A stretch of DNA of 64,000 nucleotides, taken from an uncultured Candidatus Rokubacteria bacterium. GTDB lineage: Bacteria > Methylomirabilota > Methylomirabilia > Rokubacteriales > CSP1-6. This document shows, one piece after another, positions 1 through 10,738 of the stretch. Position numbers and translations under genes: made by a program. The notes under the pieces were generated by a model. That model was not told the DNA's origin, did no database searches, and saw only the letters and a program-made list of their open reading frames with translations. The stretch spans positions 29,156-93,155 of the forward strand of contig CAVWFS010000002.1 in assembly GCA_963754315.1 (NCBI GenBank). Reading direction: 5' to 3'. Within the stretch, counting starts at the first letter, position 1; each line of letters starts with the position of its first letter.

Positions 1-637
1 GGCCGATTCGGCCTCGATAGAAGAGGTCGGGGCCCTCCGCGGCGAGCTCGCGAAGAGTGCGCGCAAGATCGGCCTGCACGAGCAGCTCGCCGAGCCCGGG
101 TGCCCGGCCGCCGGGCCTGAAGATGCGATGCCACTCCGGATCGTCGAAGTTCGGCGCCATCTCCCCCGTGGCCTGGCTCACCAGGAGCGTGGTGGGAAAC
201 CCATGCTCCGCGTAGTGAATCGCCGGCTGGAGCAGCTCGCCCAGCGGCCGCGTCCCGAACCGCTCGAGCAGCATACCCCACGCCCGCACACACCCCGGCA
301 CGCTGACCGACGCCGCGCCCACCATCGGCACCGCCGCGAGACCCCGCCTCCGAAGCTCCTCAAGGGTAGCCCGGCTCCCCGACCGCCCCGCCCCATTGAG
401 AAAGTGAACCCTCCGCGTCCCCGCCTCGTAGTACAGCGCAAACAAATCACCGCCCACCCCACAGCAGTACGGCTGCGTGACAGCGAGCACCCCATTGACC
501 GCCACCGCCGCGTCCGCGACGGTTCCACCCGATTTCAAGACCTCCACCCCCGCCAACGCCGCGAGCGGATGCGCAGACGCAACCATCCCCTCCCGCCCCA
601 ACGCCACCGCCCGCCTGCTATACCCAATCTGCGGCAT
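1..637 (-). CDS. ggt: gamma-glutamyltransferase family protein (5' part; runs off window start)
   Basis: Manual minus-strand translation from ATG 637: MPQIGYSRRAVALGREGMVASAHPLAALAGVEVLKSGGTVADAAVAVNGVLAVTQPYCCGVGGDLFALYY...SVSVPGCVRAW...LLQPAIHYAEHGFP, the typical GGT N-terminal motifs. Absent from the ORF track because it has no stop in the window. Confidence 0.9.
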   Translation of the reverse strand, partial: MPQIGYSRRAVALGREGMVASAHPLAALAGVEVLKSGGTVADAAVAVNGVLAVTQPYCCGVGGDLFALYYEAGTRRVHFLNGAGRSGSRATLEELRRRGLAAVPMVGAASVSVPGCVRAWGMLLERFGTRPLGELLQPAIHYAEHGFPTTLLVSQATGEMAPNFDDPEWHRIFRPGGRAPGLGELLVQADLARTLRELAAEGPDLFYRGRIG

Positions 638-652
638 GCTGTCGGCTTCCTC

Positions 653-789
653 AGCCCAAAGCCCACGCGCCGCCGCCCGCTCAAAAGGGTTCGTGGGGTC
701 CCTGGGCCCGAGGCCACGCGCCGCCGGCCGATCAAAAGGGTAGTGAAGTTCCCGAGCCCGAGGCCACGCGCCGCCGGCCGATCAAAAGG
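653..789. repeat. ~51-bp degenerate tandem repeat (3 copies) containing the left end of the adjacent MITE-like element
   Basis: Core gcccgaggccacgcgccgccggccgatcaaaagg occurs at ~706 and ~756, with a more diverged copy at ~654. Confidence 0.85.
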
Positions 790-897
790 CCCCAGATGCT
801 AGGCGGCGACGAGCGACGACTGAGGCGTGGCCCTGCCACGTCGCAGGGAGGAGCGAGGAGCCGACGACGCAGATGGGGTCCTTTTCATCGGCCGGCG
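772..897. mobile_element. MITE-like element, family A copy 1
   Basis: Terminal inverted repeats cgccggccgatcaaaagg (772-789) and ccttttcatcggccggcg (880-897), 1 mismatch. Internal cagatgctaggcggcga...gactgaggcgt...acgacgcagatgg is shared with 35446-35574. No transposase. Confidence 0.7.
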
Positions 898-1913
898 AAG
901 ATTTTGGTGATTTCGTCTTGCTCGAAGATGGGGAGCGGCTCCTGCCGACTGCCATCCACCAAGAGAAGCCCCTGCTCGCGCGGGACAACCTGGCCGATGT
1001 AGTGCGAATCGATGCCCTCGCGCGCCAGGGCATGAATGACCACACCCGCCTCGGCGGGCGACAGGGTCATGAGCAGCGAGCCGGAGGCGATGGTTCCGAG
1101 GGGATCGAGCCCGAATTCCCGGCACAGCTCTGCTCCCTCTGGCACCACGGTGATGCGGCTGCGATCGATCCGCAGTCCGACGCCGGCGGCGATGGCGAGC
1201 TCGTGCAGCGCCGTGGCCACGCCGCCTTCCGTGGGGTCGTGCATCGCGTGGACGGTGGCCAGCTCGCAGGCGATCTCGGCCTCGGGGAGCACACTGAGAC
1301 CGGGCTGTCGGAGAAACCCCTTGGCGCGGGCGATGACCGCGGGGCGGATTCCCCGCGCGCGCAGCTCCGCCTCCTTCTCGCGCGCGATGAGGGCAGCGCC
1401 CTCCAGCGGCACACCCTTGGTGAGCACGACGGCATCACCCACGCGCGCCCCGCCGGTGGTCACCAGCTTGTCCTTGGCCACCTCGCCCAGCATGGTGCCC
1501 ACGACGATCGGCCGGTCGAGTCCAGCGGTGACCTCCGTGTGGCCGCCGACAAGCGTCACGTCCACCTCCGCGCACGCCGCCATGATCTCCTCGAAGAGGC
1601 GCGCGACCGCATCCTCGTCGGTGCGGCCCTCGGGCAGGAGCAGGGTGGCCAGGAACCATCTCGGACACGCTCCGCGCACGGCGATGTCGTTCACGTTCAC
1701 CTGCACGGCGTACCACGCGGGCTCTTCGCTCGCGAACGTGATGGGGTCGCTGGTCGCCACGAGGAAACGATCGCCGATATCGAGGACGGCCGCGTCCTCG
1801 CCGACTCGCGGACCCATGAACACGCGTGGATCGGTGATCGGATGCCGGGTCAGCAGCGCGCCCAGGAAGGCCGGGCGCAACTTGCCCACGGGCAGGAACC
1901 TTGTTGCGCTCAT
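885..1913 (-). CDS. AIR synthase-related protein (PurM/HypE/ThiL superfamily)
   Basis: GEDAAV, SDPITF, VNVNDIAVRGA, GGHTE and HDPTEGG motifs. Confidence 0.85.
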   Translation of the reverse strand: MSATRFLPVGKLRPAFLGALLTRHPITDPRVFMGPRVGEDAAVLDIGDRFLVATSDPITFASEEPAWYAVQVNVNDIAVRGACPRWFLATLLLPEGRTDEDAVARLFEEIMAACAEVDVTLVGGHTEVTAGLDRPIVVGTMLGEVAKDKLVTTGGARVGDAVVLTKGVPLEGAALIAREKEAELRARGIRPAVIARAKGFLRQPGLSVLPEAEIACELATVHAMHDPTEGGVATALHELAIAAGVGLRIDRSRITVVPEGAELCREFGLDPLGTIASGSLLMTLSPAEAGVVIHALAREGIDSHYIGQVVPREQGLLLVDGSRQEPLPIFEQDEITKIFAGR

Positions 1914-2818
1914 CCTGTCTCAGCATACACGGGGGACGCGACCAGCTTCAGGAGGTCGGCCGTCAAGTCGTAGAGCTGCGCGCAGCCGCTCGTGCCGCCG
2001 AGGTGCGCCTGGATGCGCTTGGCGAGGCCCGGATCGAGTGTCTCGCCCAGGAGCGCGCGGACTTTCCCCTGCGGCTCCGAGCAGATGCCCGCGTACGGCA
2101 GTCGCGGGGTCACCGACTCCGCGCGCACGAAGCGGCCCGAGGCCAGCTCGACCTCGTAGACCACCTCGAAGCCGTGGACATTGTCGTGCATCGAGTGGGC
2201 CAGCCTGAGATGCGCGCCCTCGATGGCGAGCTCGGCGACCTTGTGGCGCTCGAAGACACCGCGCTGGCCCGGGTGCGAGCAGTAGAGGTCCGGACTGGCG
2301 GCGGCCGTCACCGTGCGCGTGTCGAGCAGCGCCGCTCCCGCCGCGCTGTACGTGAAGCATGAATCGGGCAGATCGATCCAGCCCTCCCGATCGAGCTGCC
2401 AGAAGCCTCGAGCGCCCATCGCGACAGCGTGCTCGACCCGCGCGCGCGGGAGGCACCCGACCTGGCGCGTCAGCCTCGCCGCCTCGATCATCGAATCGAG
2501 CAGGAGGTCGGCGCCCGCTCCGTTCCCGACCGCTTCGCGGACGCGCCGCCCGAGTCCCGCGACCATGGCCGTTCCCGCCAGGGCCGCCAGACCCTCGATC
2601 CCGCGTGGATCGAGCTTGCCGGCCAGCGACCGCGCCTGGACGCCACGGATCCGATAGCTCGGCGACGGCAAGACCTCCACGGTCACCTCGACCTCGCGCG
2701 CGGGTTCGGCAATGCGCACGGTATGCACGAACGCATCCCCGGACGGGGCATGGTCCGCCCGGCCCCATACCCTTCGCTGGTACCGCTCGCGACCCTCGAG
2801 CAGCGGCGGCCGGTTCAC
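1910..2818 (-). CDS. DUF2889-like protein with two tandem domains
   Basis: C-terminal half has DNVHGF...RLPYAGIC...LGGTSGCAQLYDL. N-terminal half has a similar pattern ending DSCFTY. Stop overlaps the next start by 4 nt. Confidence 0.65.
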   Translation of the reverse strand: MNRPPLLEGRERYQRRVWGRADHAPSGDAFVHTVRIAEPAREVEVTVEVLPSPSYRIRGVQARSLAGKLDPRGIEGLAALAGTAMVAGLGRRVREAVGNGAGADLLLDSMIEAARLTRQVGCLPRARVEHAVAMGARGFWQLDREGWIDLPDSCFTYSAAGAALLDTRTVTAAASPDLYCSHPGQRGVFERHKVAELAIEGAHLRLAHSMHDNVHGFEVVYEVELASGRFVRAESVTPRLPYAGICSEPQGKVRALLGETLDPGLAKRIQAHLGGTSGCAQLYDLTADLLKLVASPVYAETG

Positions 2819-2831
2819 GCCAGCGAGGCCA

Positions 2832-3113
2832 TCAGCGGGCGGCGAACCGCGTGAAGACGTCGAGGAGCTCGTCGAGCTTGCGCTGGCGATCGAGCTTGGA
2901 GCCCGAGCGCAGGGCGTCCACCACGCACGACTCCAGGTGGCGGCCGAGCAGGATTTTCTGCACCTGGGTCAGGGCCCCCTGCACCGCCGACATCTGAAGG
3001 AGGACGTCCGCGCAGGAGGCATCGGCCGCGATCATCCTCTGCAGCCCCTGCACCTGCCCCTCGATCCGCCGGAGGCGCGCACGGGCGCGGTCCCGCACCT
3101 GATCGTCAGCCAT
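2832..3113 (-). CDS. csoR: CsoR/RcnR family metal-sensing repressor (C-H-C fingerprint)
   Basis: RLRRIEGQVQGLQRMI...CADVLLQMSAVQGAL...HLESCV. Start ATG 3113 chosen because it lies downstream of the promoter and operator. Confidence 0.85.
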   Translation of the reverse strand: MADDQVRDRARARLRRIEGQVQGLQRMIAADASCADVLLQMSAVQGALTQVQKILLGRHLESCVVDALRSGSKLDRQRKLDELLDVFTRFAAR

Positions 3114-3118
3114 TGGCC

Positions 3119-3162
3119 ATACCCCCACGGGGTAGTATGGAAGCCCCCCTCCGCCCTGTCAA
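3119..3162 (-). promoter_or_regulatory. sigma70 promoter plus CsoR-type operator
   Basis: TTGACA (3162-3157), N17, CATACT (3139-3134), followed by the G/C-tract pseudo-palindrome TACCCCGTGGGGGTAT (3134-3119), typical of CsoR operators. Confidence 0.8.
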
Positions 3163-3200
3163 CGAATCGGCATCGGCCGGCCGCCACGCCGGATCGTCGA

Positions 3201-3545
3201 TCAAAACAGACTCGGCTGGTTGTCGGATGCGGGGCGGGAGCGGCGAGCGCCTCGCTGGGTCTTGCTCGGTTTCGAGGCGCTTCGCGCGGCGGGCCGCGGG
3301 ACGGGCTTCGGCAGCTTCCAGCCCTTCTGCCGTGCGATGCGCTCCCCCTGCTTGATGACAAGCAGGTCCACCAGGCGCGCCAGCGGGTTCCCGAGAAGCT
3401 GCAAGTACTTCTCCCAGTAGCGGGGCGAGAAGGCCAGGGTCTTCATGTCGTTGATGGCCACCGTCAAGGCGGCCCGATCCCCTTTACGCGCCGCGACGCG
3501 CAGGTCGGCGACGATGCGCGCGCTGCTCGTGCGGCCGCCAGCCAT
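3201..3545 (-). CDS. hypothetical basic protein
   Basis: 114-aa ORF whose start overlaps the rng stop. Lys/Arg-rich tail. No family recognised. Confidence 0.6.
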   Translation of the reverse strand: MAGGRTSSARIVADLRVAARKGDRAALTVAINDMKTLAFSPRYWEKYLQLLGNPLARLVDLLVIKQGERIARQKGWKLPKPVPRPAARSASKPSKTQRGARRSRPASDNQPSLF

Positions 3546-5068
3546 CAGCGGAGCAGAACCTCGAACTCGTCGCGGTGCGCGTGGCCGGTCACGGCCTGCA
3601 CCGTGATCTTGCGGTCGAGGGTGCTGGCCAGCCGCTCCAGGGCGTCTCGGGCTTCGGCTTCCAGGTGAGCAGCCACATCAGGGTGCACACGGATCACGAG
3701 CTCGCGGTGTGGATCGGCGGCCGCCCTGGCCCGCACGGCACGAAAGACCTCGGCGGCGAGCGTGGCGTCCGTCTTGGTGACGCCGCTGCCCGAGCATGTC
3801 GGACAGGCCATGGTGAGGAGCGAACGGAGATCCCCGCGGACGCGCTTGCGGGTCATCTCGACCAGGCCGAGCTCCGAGATCTGCAGCATGTTGGTGCGGG
3901 CCTTGTCGTCGGCCAGGGCGCGCTTGAGGGCCTTCTCGACCTGCTCGCGGTGCTCCTCCCGCTCCATGTCGATGAAGTCGATGATGATGATGCCCCCCAG
4001 GTCACGCAGGCGAATCTGCCGCACGATCTCTCCCACCGACTCGAGATTGATCTTCAGCACCGTTTGCTCGAAGTCCCGCTTGCCCACGTACTTGCCGGTG
4101 TTGACGTCGATGGACACCAGGGCCTCGGTATGGTCGATGACGATGTACCCGCCCGAGCGCAGCCACACGCGTCGACGCAGCGCCTTCTCGATGTCCTTCT
4201 CGATGCCGAACGACTCGAAGATGGGGACGGTCCCCTCGTAGAGGCTCACCCGATCGAGCAAGGTCGGCACCAGCGAGCGCGCATATCCGATGCAGCGCTC
4301 GAACACCTCGCGCGTGTCCACCACGAACTCCTCCACCTCCGGCGAGAAGAGGTCGCGCACCACCCGGAAGGCCAGGTCCATTTCCGCGTGCAGGGCGGCG
4401 GGGGCGGCCGTCTGCTCGAACCGCGCCTGAGTCTGGCTCCACAAGCGGCCGAGGAAGGCGACGTCGGCGGCGAACTCTTCCTCCCCCTTTCCCTCGGCGT
4501 TGGTGCGCACGATGTAGCCGCCCGGAGGCGGGTTGAGGGCCCGCACCGCCGCCCGCAAGCGATCGCGCTCCCGTTCGTCGTGGATCCGGCGCGAGACACC
4601 AACGTGGCGAGCCTGAGGCATGTACACGATGTAGCGGCCGGGGATGGAGATGAACGAGGTGACGCGAGCTCCCTTGCTCCCGAGCGGCTCCTTCGACACC
4701 TGGACGAGGATGGTCTGGTTCTTGTGCAGGAGCTCCTCGATGGGAACGACGGGCTCACGGCGCGGGGGCTCGTCGACGTCGACGTCGACCTCGCTGTCGT
4801 CGTCGTCGGCATCGAGGGACGCGATGACCGACTCACCCAGGTTGGCGGTGTAGTCCCCGCCATAGAGAAAGGCGTCCTTGCTCAGGCCGATGTCGACGAA
4901 GGCCGCCTGCATGCCGGGCAGGACGTTGGTCACCACGCCCTTGTAGACGCTGCCGACGATCGACCGCTTGTCTTGACGCTCGAGGAAGAGGTCGGTGAGG
5001 AGATTATTCTCCTGGACCGCGATGCGAGTTTCGGTCAATCCCGCGTTGACGACGATTCGTTTGCCCAC
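3545..5068 (-). CDS. rng: Rne/Rng family ribonuclease (RNase G-like)
   Basis: VLPGMQAAFVDIG, IDVNTGKYVG, QIRLRDLGGIIIIDFIDM, CPTCSG. Likely GTG start at 5068. Confidence 0.93.
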   Translation of the reverse strand: MGKRIVVNAGLTETRIAVQENNLLTDLFLERQDKRSIVGSVYKGVVTNVLPGMQAAFVDIGLSKDAFLYGGDYTANLGESVIASLDADDDDSEVDVDVDEPPRREPVVPIEELLHKNQTILVQVSKEPLGSKGARVTSFISIPGRYIVYMPQARHVGVSRRIHDERERDRLRAAVRALNPPPGGYIVRTNAEGKGEEEFAADVAFLGRLWSQTQARFEQTAAPAALHAEMDLAFRVVRDLFSPEVEEFVVDTREVFERCIGYARSLVPTLLDRVSLYEGTVPIFESFGIEKDIEKALRRRVWLRSGGYIVIDHTEALVSIDVNTGKYVGKRDFEQTVLKINLESVGEIVRQIRLRDLGGIIIIDFIDMEREEHREQVEKALKRALADDKARTNMLQISELGLVEMTRKRVRGDLRSLLTMACPTCSGSGVTKTDATLAAEVFRAVRARAAADPHRELVIRVHPDVAAHLEAEARDALERLASTLDRKITVQAVTGHAHRDEFEVLLR

Positions 5069-5122
5069 GGCAGCACCTCGCTGACACGGGGCCATCGTCC
5101 GGTCGTGGACGGGCCACGCGTC

Positions 5123-6214
5123 TCATTGGAACTGCCGCATTCGCACCGAGAGGAGGAGTCCGAGCGTCATGAGGGTGACGAGCATCGACGAGCCCCCATA
5201 GCTCATGAGTGGTAACGGAACGCCCACCACCGGGAGCAGCCCGGTGACCATCCCCACGTTGACCAGGATCTGGGTGGCCAGGAGCGCGGTGGCGCCCAGC
5301 GCCACCAAGCGCCCGACCGGCTCCCGGGCCGAGGCCGCGATGTCGAAGCCCCGCGCGAGGAGGATGGCGTAGCAGGCGAGCAACGTGATACAGCCGACAA
5401 ACCCCCACATCTCGGCGAATACGGCGAAGATAAAATCCGTGTGACGCTCCGGGAGAAAGGACAGCCGGCTCTGGGTGGCGCCGGCCACTCCCTTGCCCAG
5501 GAGCTGACCCGATCCGATCGCAATCTTCGCCTGGATCACGTTGTAGGCGCTCCCCAGCGGGTCACGCACGGGATCCAGGTAAACCATGATTCGTTCGCGC
5601 TGATAGTCCCTCATGAACACCCACGCGGCCGGCATCACCGCCAGGCCCAGCCCGAGAAGCCCGCCCACCAGCCGCATCGGCAGCCCCGACCCTACCAGGA
5701 GCGCCAGCATGACGGGCAGGAGGACGAGAGCCGAGCCGAGGTCGGGCTGCTTGACGATGAGGACGAACGGCACGGCCAGGACGGGCACGGTCAGGGCGAG
5801 GGCACCGAGACCGCCCCCGCGGGCCGCGCGCGAGGTGAGCAGCCAGACCGCCATGAGGACGAAGGCGAACTTGAACAGTTCCGAGGGTTGAAAGGTGAAC
5901 GGTCCGAGCCCGATCCAGCGCCGCGCGCCGGACACGGTCCGCCCGATGAAGAACACGGTCACGAGCGCGGCCAGCCCGGCCACGTAAATGGCCGGAGCCA
6001 GGCGCACGAGCCTGCGATAGTCGAGACTCGACACGACCAGGAGCGCGACCAGACCCACGCCGACCCAGGCAAGCTGGCGCCACAACACGGCGCCCCCCGC
6101 GCGCCCGACGTGCAGGCTCACGAGGGTCACGGCGCTCATGCCGACCAGGGCCAGGGCCGCCACGAGGATAGTCCAGTCCACGTTCTGCAGGAGCCGTCGA
6201 TCGACGCCGACCAT
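5123..6214 (-). CDS. rodA: rod shape-determining protein RodA (SEDS)
   Basis: GARRWI, FQPSE, KQPDLG, FLPERHTDFIF, PLMSYGGSS. Lies in the mre/mrd operon. Confidence 0.95.
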   Translation of the reverse strand: MVGVDRRLLQNVDWTILVAALALVGMSAVTLVSLHVGRAGGAVLWRQLAWVGVGLVALLVVSSLDYRRLVRLAPAIYVAGLAALVTVFFIGRTVSGARRWIGLGPFTFQPSELFKFAFVLMAVWLLTSRAARGGGLGALALTVPVLAVPFVLIVKQPDLGSALVLLPVMLALLVGSGLPMRLVGGLLGLGLAVMPAAWVFMRDYQRERIMVYLDPVRDPLGSAYNVIQAKIAIGSGQLLGKGVAGATQSRLSFLPERHTDFIFAVFAEMWGFVGCITLLACYAILLARGFDIAASAREPVGRLVALGATALLATQILVNVGMVTGLLPVVGVPLPLMSYGGSSMLVTLMTLGLLLSVRMRQFQ

Positions 6215-6220
6215 CAGGGT

Positions 6221-8021
6221 CTAGCCCGCCCACTCCACCGAGGCCACCTTCTCGAGGAAGATTGCTCTCAGAATTTGGCGGGCGATGGGGGCAGCCACCT
6301 GGCCGCCCTTTCCTCCCCGCTCGACGAGAACGACCACCACGACCTCAGGTGCGCGGGCCGGAGCAAAGCTGGCGAACCACGCGTGATCCTGTCCCTTGTC
6401 CGACTTGGAGTTCGCGATCGTCTGGGCGGTACCGGTCTTCCCTGCCACGTCGAGGCCGGGGATGCGGGCGCCCGCGCCCGTGCCGCCTTCGTTGACGACC
6501 GACCACAGACTCTGGCGGAGAAATGCCCAGACCATCGGGGACAGTTCCACGTGACCGGTCACCTCGCCCCCGTCGCTCCAGACCACATCCTGGCCGCGTT
6601 CGACGCGCTGGACGAGACGCGGCCGCCACAGGATGCCGCCGTTGGCCACGGCCGCCATGAAGCGAGCGACCTGCATCGGCGTCACCAGGAGCGCGCCCTG
6701 GCCGATCGACATGTTGACGGTGTCCCCGGCGTGCCACACGGCTCCCTTCCGTCCCCGCGCGCTGCGCGGGTGACGGAATCAGCCCGCTCTTCTCGCCGCC
6801 GAACACGACCCCCGTCGGCCGTCCGAGCCCGAACATTGCCGCGTAGCGGCTGATGGCGGAGCCACCGATGCGGAGCCCATAGTGGTAGAAGTAGATGTTG
6901 CAGGACTGATTCACCGCACGGAGCAGATCGACGGAGCCGTGGCCTTCCTTCTTCCAATCCTTGAAGGTTACCCCGCCCAGATGGAACTCTCCAGTGCAGC
7001 GCAGGCGGTCCATGGGTGTCAGGGTGCCTTCCTGGAGGCCGGCGGCGGCCACGATGATCTTGAAGACGGAGCCCGGCGCGTATTGCGTCTGGATCGTCCG
7101 GTTCAGGAGGGGATGGGCCGGATCCTTGACGACGGCCAGCCATGCCGCGCGATCGATGGTGCCCGTGAAGCGGTCGATGTCGAAGGCCGGCGTGGAGACC
7201 ATGGCCAGCACGTCGCCGTTGCGCGGATCCAGGACCACCACGGCCCCCGCGTGTCCGGCCATGGCTTGCTCGGCCGCCTCCTGGACGCGGCGGTCGACGG
7301 TGGTGATGACCTCTGCCCCCGCAGTCGGCTCCGAACGCCGGATGACACCCAGGTGGCGCCCGAGCGCATCGACCTCGACGCTCTCGCCCCCGTCCTGACC
7401 TCGCAAGTAGTCATCGAGCAGTCGCTCGAGCCCGGTCTGCCCCACCATGTCGCCCCGTCGGTAAAGCCCTTGCCGGAGCTGCTCGTCGCTGACCTCGCGC
7501 ACGTAGCCCAGCAGGTGGGCGGCGAAGCGGCCGGTAGGGTAGACGCGCTGCGGCTCGACCTCCACGATCACGCCAGGGAGCTCGAGCTTCCACTCCTCGA
7601 TCTTGGCCACGTCCTCGAGCGTCAAGCCGCGGCGCACCCGCACGGGAGCCGCGGGATCACCGTGAACGCGGGCCGCCACCTCCGTGAGCTCGCGATAGGG
7701 AATGCCGAGCAAGGTCGACACGCGGCCGAGCACGGCGGAGCGCCGGTCCCCCGCCTCGTCGAGCTCGCGCGGAATGAGCGAGAGGGTGAAGGCCGGACGG
7801 TTGTCGACGAGCGGCCGATGCTGGCGATCGTAGAGAATACCGCGCTGGGCGGCGATCGGTCGTATCCGGATCCGGTTCTTCTCCGAGGCCTCGCGGAAGT
7901 AGTCCCCCGAGATGACTTGCAGATACCAGAGCTGGGTCACGATGACCAGGAAGGCGACGCCGACCACGGCTGCCATCACGACCACCCGCCGCTGGCCGAA
8001 GTCGCGCCGGTTGGCGATCAC
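6221..8021 (-). CDS. mrdA: penicillin-binding protein 2 (frameshift near 6753-6756)
   Basis: N-part in ORF 6345..8159 (PGSVFK, SCN). C-part in ORF 6221..6739 (SIGQG, AGKTGTAQ, DHAWF). Removing one base of the C4 run at 6753-6756 joins them. GTG start overlaps the mreD stop. Confidence 0.9.
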
Positions 8022-8509
8022 AACGATCGACTCACGCGCAGGTACTCGGCGACGGTCAGGACCAGCACCACGGCCGCGCCCAGGAAGCCGTTGTAGAGGG
8101 CCTGGGGCAAGACCTGGTACGCCATGACCTCGCCGAACGGCGCCGGGTAGCGAAACCACTGCAGAATGCCGAAGCGGACCACGCCTTCGGCCACCGTCAG
8201 CAGGACGAGACCCGGTACCTGGACGAGGGGGGACGTCACGCTCAGGCGGGCGCCGGAGGCGCCGATGGCAAAGCCCATCAACGCCTTGGTGAGAGCCTGC
8301 ACGCCGATGAGCCCTCCCGTCGACACGTCTTGCAGCAGCCCTGACACCAGTCCGGCCACGCAGCCGAACTCCGGACCGTGCCGCAAGGCCAGCATCAGCA
8401 CGACGATGAGCGGGATGTCGGGCACGACATCCCCCACGCGGAACAGGGACGCCAGGGGCCCGTGAGCGACTCCGCCCCCGACCACGGCGAGCAGAAGGAG
8501 GGAGCGCAC
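8018..8509 (-). CDS. mreD: rod shape-determining protein MreD
   Basis: Hydrophobic 163 aa with PDIPLI and GLLQD. Position between mreC and mrdA. Confidence 0.88.
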   Translation of the reverse strand: MRSLLLLAVVGGGVAHGPLASLFRVGDVVPDIPLIVVLMLALRHGPEFGCVAGLVSGLLQDVSTGGLIGVQALTKALMGFAIGASGARLSVTSPLVQVPGLVLLTVAEGVVRFGILQWFRYPAPFGEVMAYQVLPQALYNGFLGAAVVLVLTVAEYLRVSRSL

Positions 8510-9353
8510 CTAGCGATCCCCCTCGCGAAAGAACGCCGTGACGTCGCCTCCCCCGCCAGGGGTCACGACGAGGAGCACCTCCTCCACGCGGGAGAAATCG
8601 ACCACGGGTGTCAGCACCGCATAGTGGAAGAGGGCCGAGCCACGATCGTCGATGGCACGCACGCGTGCGATCGGAAGCCCGCGCGGGAAGAGTCCCCCTG
8701 CCCCCGAGGTGACGACGAGGTCACCCGGCTGCAGGCCAGCCCCGTCGCGGGCCATGAACTTGAACCGCATCGTGCCGCGCGACTCGCCCTCCACGATGCC
8801 TTGCGTTCGCGTCCGGACCACGAGCGCGCCTACCGTCGAGGCAGGGATCGATGAGGACCTGGACGATCGAGGTTCCCCCCCGCACCTCGGCCACGCGTCC
8901 CACGAGTCCGGCGCCCGTGATCACGGCGGCGAGCTTGTCGATGCCGTCCTGGCGCCCGCGGTTGATGGTCAAGGATCGCACCCAACCACCCCACTCGCGG
9001 GCGATGATCTCACTGGCCATGGTCGCGACCGGAAGCTGCTGCTGGAGCGCGAGTAAGTGGCGCAGCCGCCGATTCTCGTCGGCCGTTTCCTCGAGACGCA
9101 GGGTGGACACGCGCAGACTCTGGATCTGGTCGCGCAACCGGATGTTCTCGGCGCGCACGTCCTTCCACTCCCGGTAGGTAGACCAGAGGCCGAGGGCAAA
9201 CTGGCCCGTGCGGGCCAAGGTCGCCTGGATCGGGGTGGTCAGGGAGGCGAGCCAATCAGCGGCGGCGGATGACTGGCTGCGCGTCTGCAAGGTGAGCAGG
9301 AGCAGACACAGTACGATTGTGCCCACCACCAGAGAAAGCCCTCGCGTCTTCAC
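8510..9353 (-). CDS. mreC: rod shape-determining protein MreC (frameshift near 8844-8846)
   Basis: Coiled coil ENRRLRHLL and GLVGRV in ORF 8721..9353. GDLVVTSGAGGLFPRGLP in ORF 8510..8821. One extra base after VLIDP. Confidence 0.9.
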
Positions 9354-9374
9354 TCTCAGGCCCCAGCGGGACGA

Positions 9375-10430
<1,056 letters not shown>

Positions 10431-10618
10431 TCATATTCGGACTGGCAAGAACTGATGGTAGCAAAGCTTCGAGCGGCGGGGAAGTCCAAAACTTCAATGC
10501 TGACAGGGACTTAGGATGCTCGGACGGGCAACGCCAAAACCATAGGATTTTCGGGGGCTTGTACGGGTTCCGGGCGCCAGGGCCGATCGTGACCCTGGGC
10601 TCCGTGGGTCGAATTCGT

Positions 10619-10646
10619 TTGACTCCCCTTCTGAGTCATGTACAAT
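10619..10646 (+). promoter_or_regulatory. putative sigma70 promoter of the cold-shock gene (long 5' UTR)
   Basis: TTGACT, N16, TACAAT about 180 nt upstream of the csp start. Confidence 0.55.
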
Positions 10647-10700
10647 GCGCGCGTTCTTCGATCCACACGGGAGTTAGAATCGATCAAGACATCGAAGCAC

Positions 10701-10738
10701 ACGCCGCGCGACTCGGATTCGCGCGGCGTTTTTCTTTT
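10701..10738 (+). terminator. intrinsic-terminator-like hairpin inside the putative csp leader
   Basis: 11-bp stem acgccgcgcga/tcgcgcggcgt, 7-nt loop, then ttttctttt. Confidence 0.55.

Noticed and set aside
653..789. Possible mini-CRISPR (34-bp repeat with short spacers)
   Set aside because: The intervening segments are only ~16 nt and resemble each other, and the repeat is the end of a MITE-like element.
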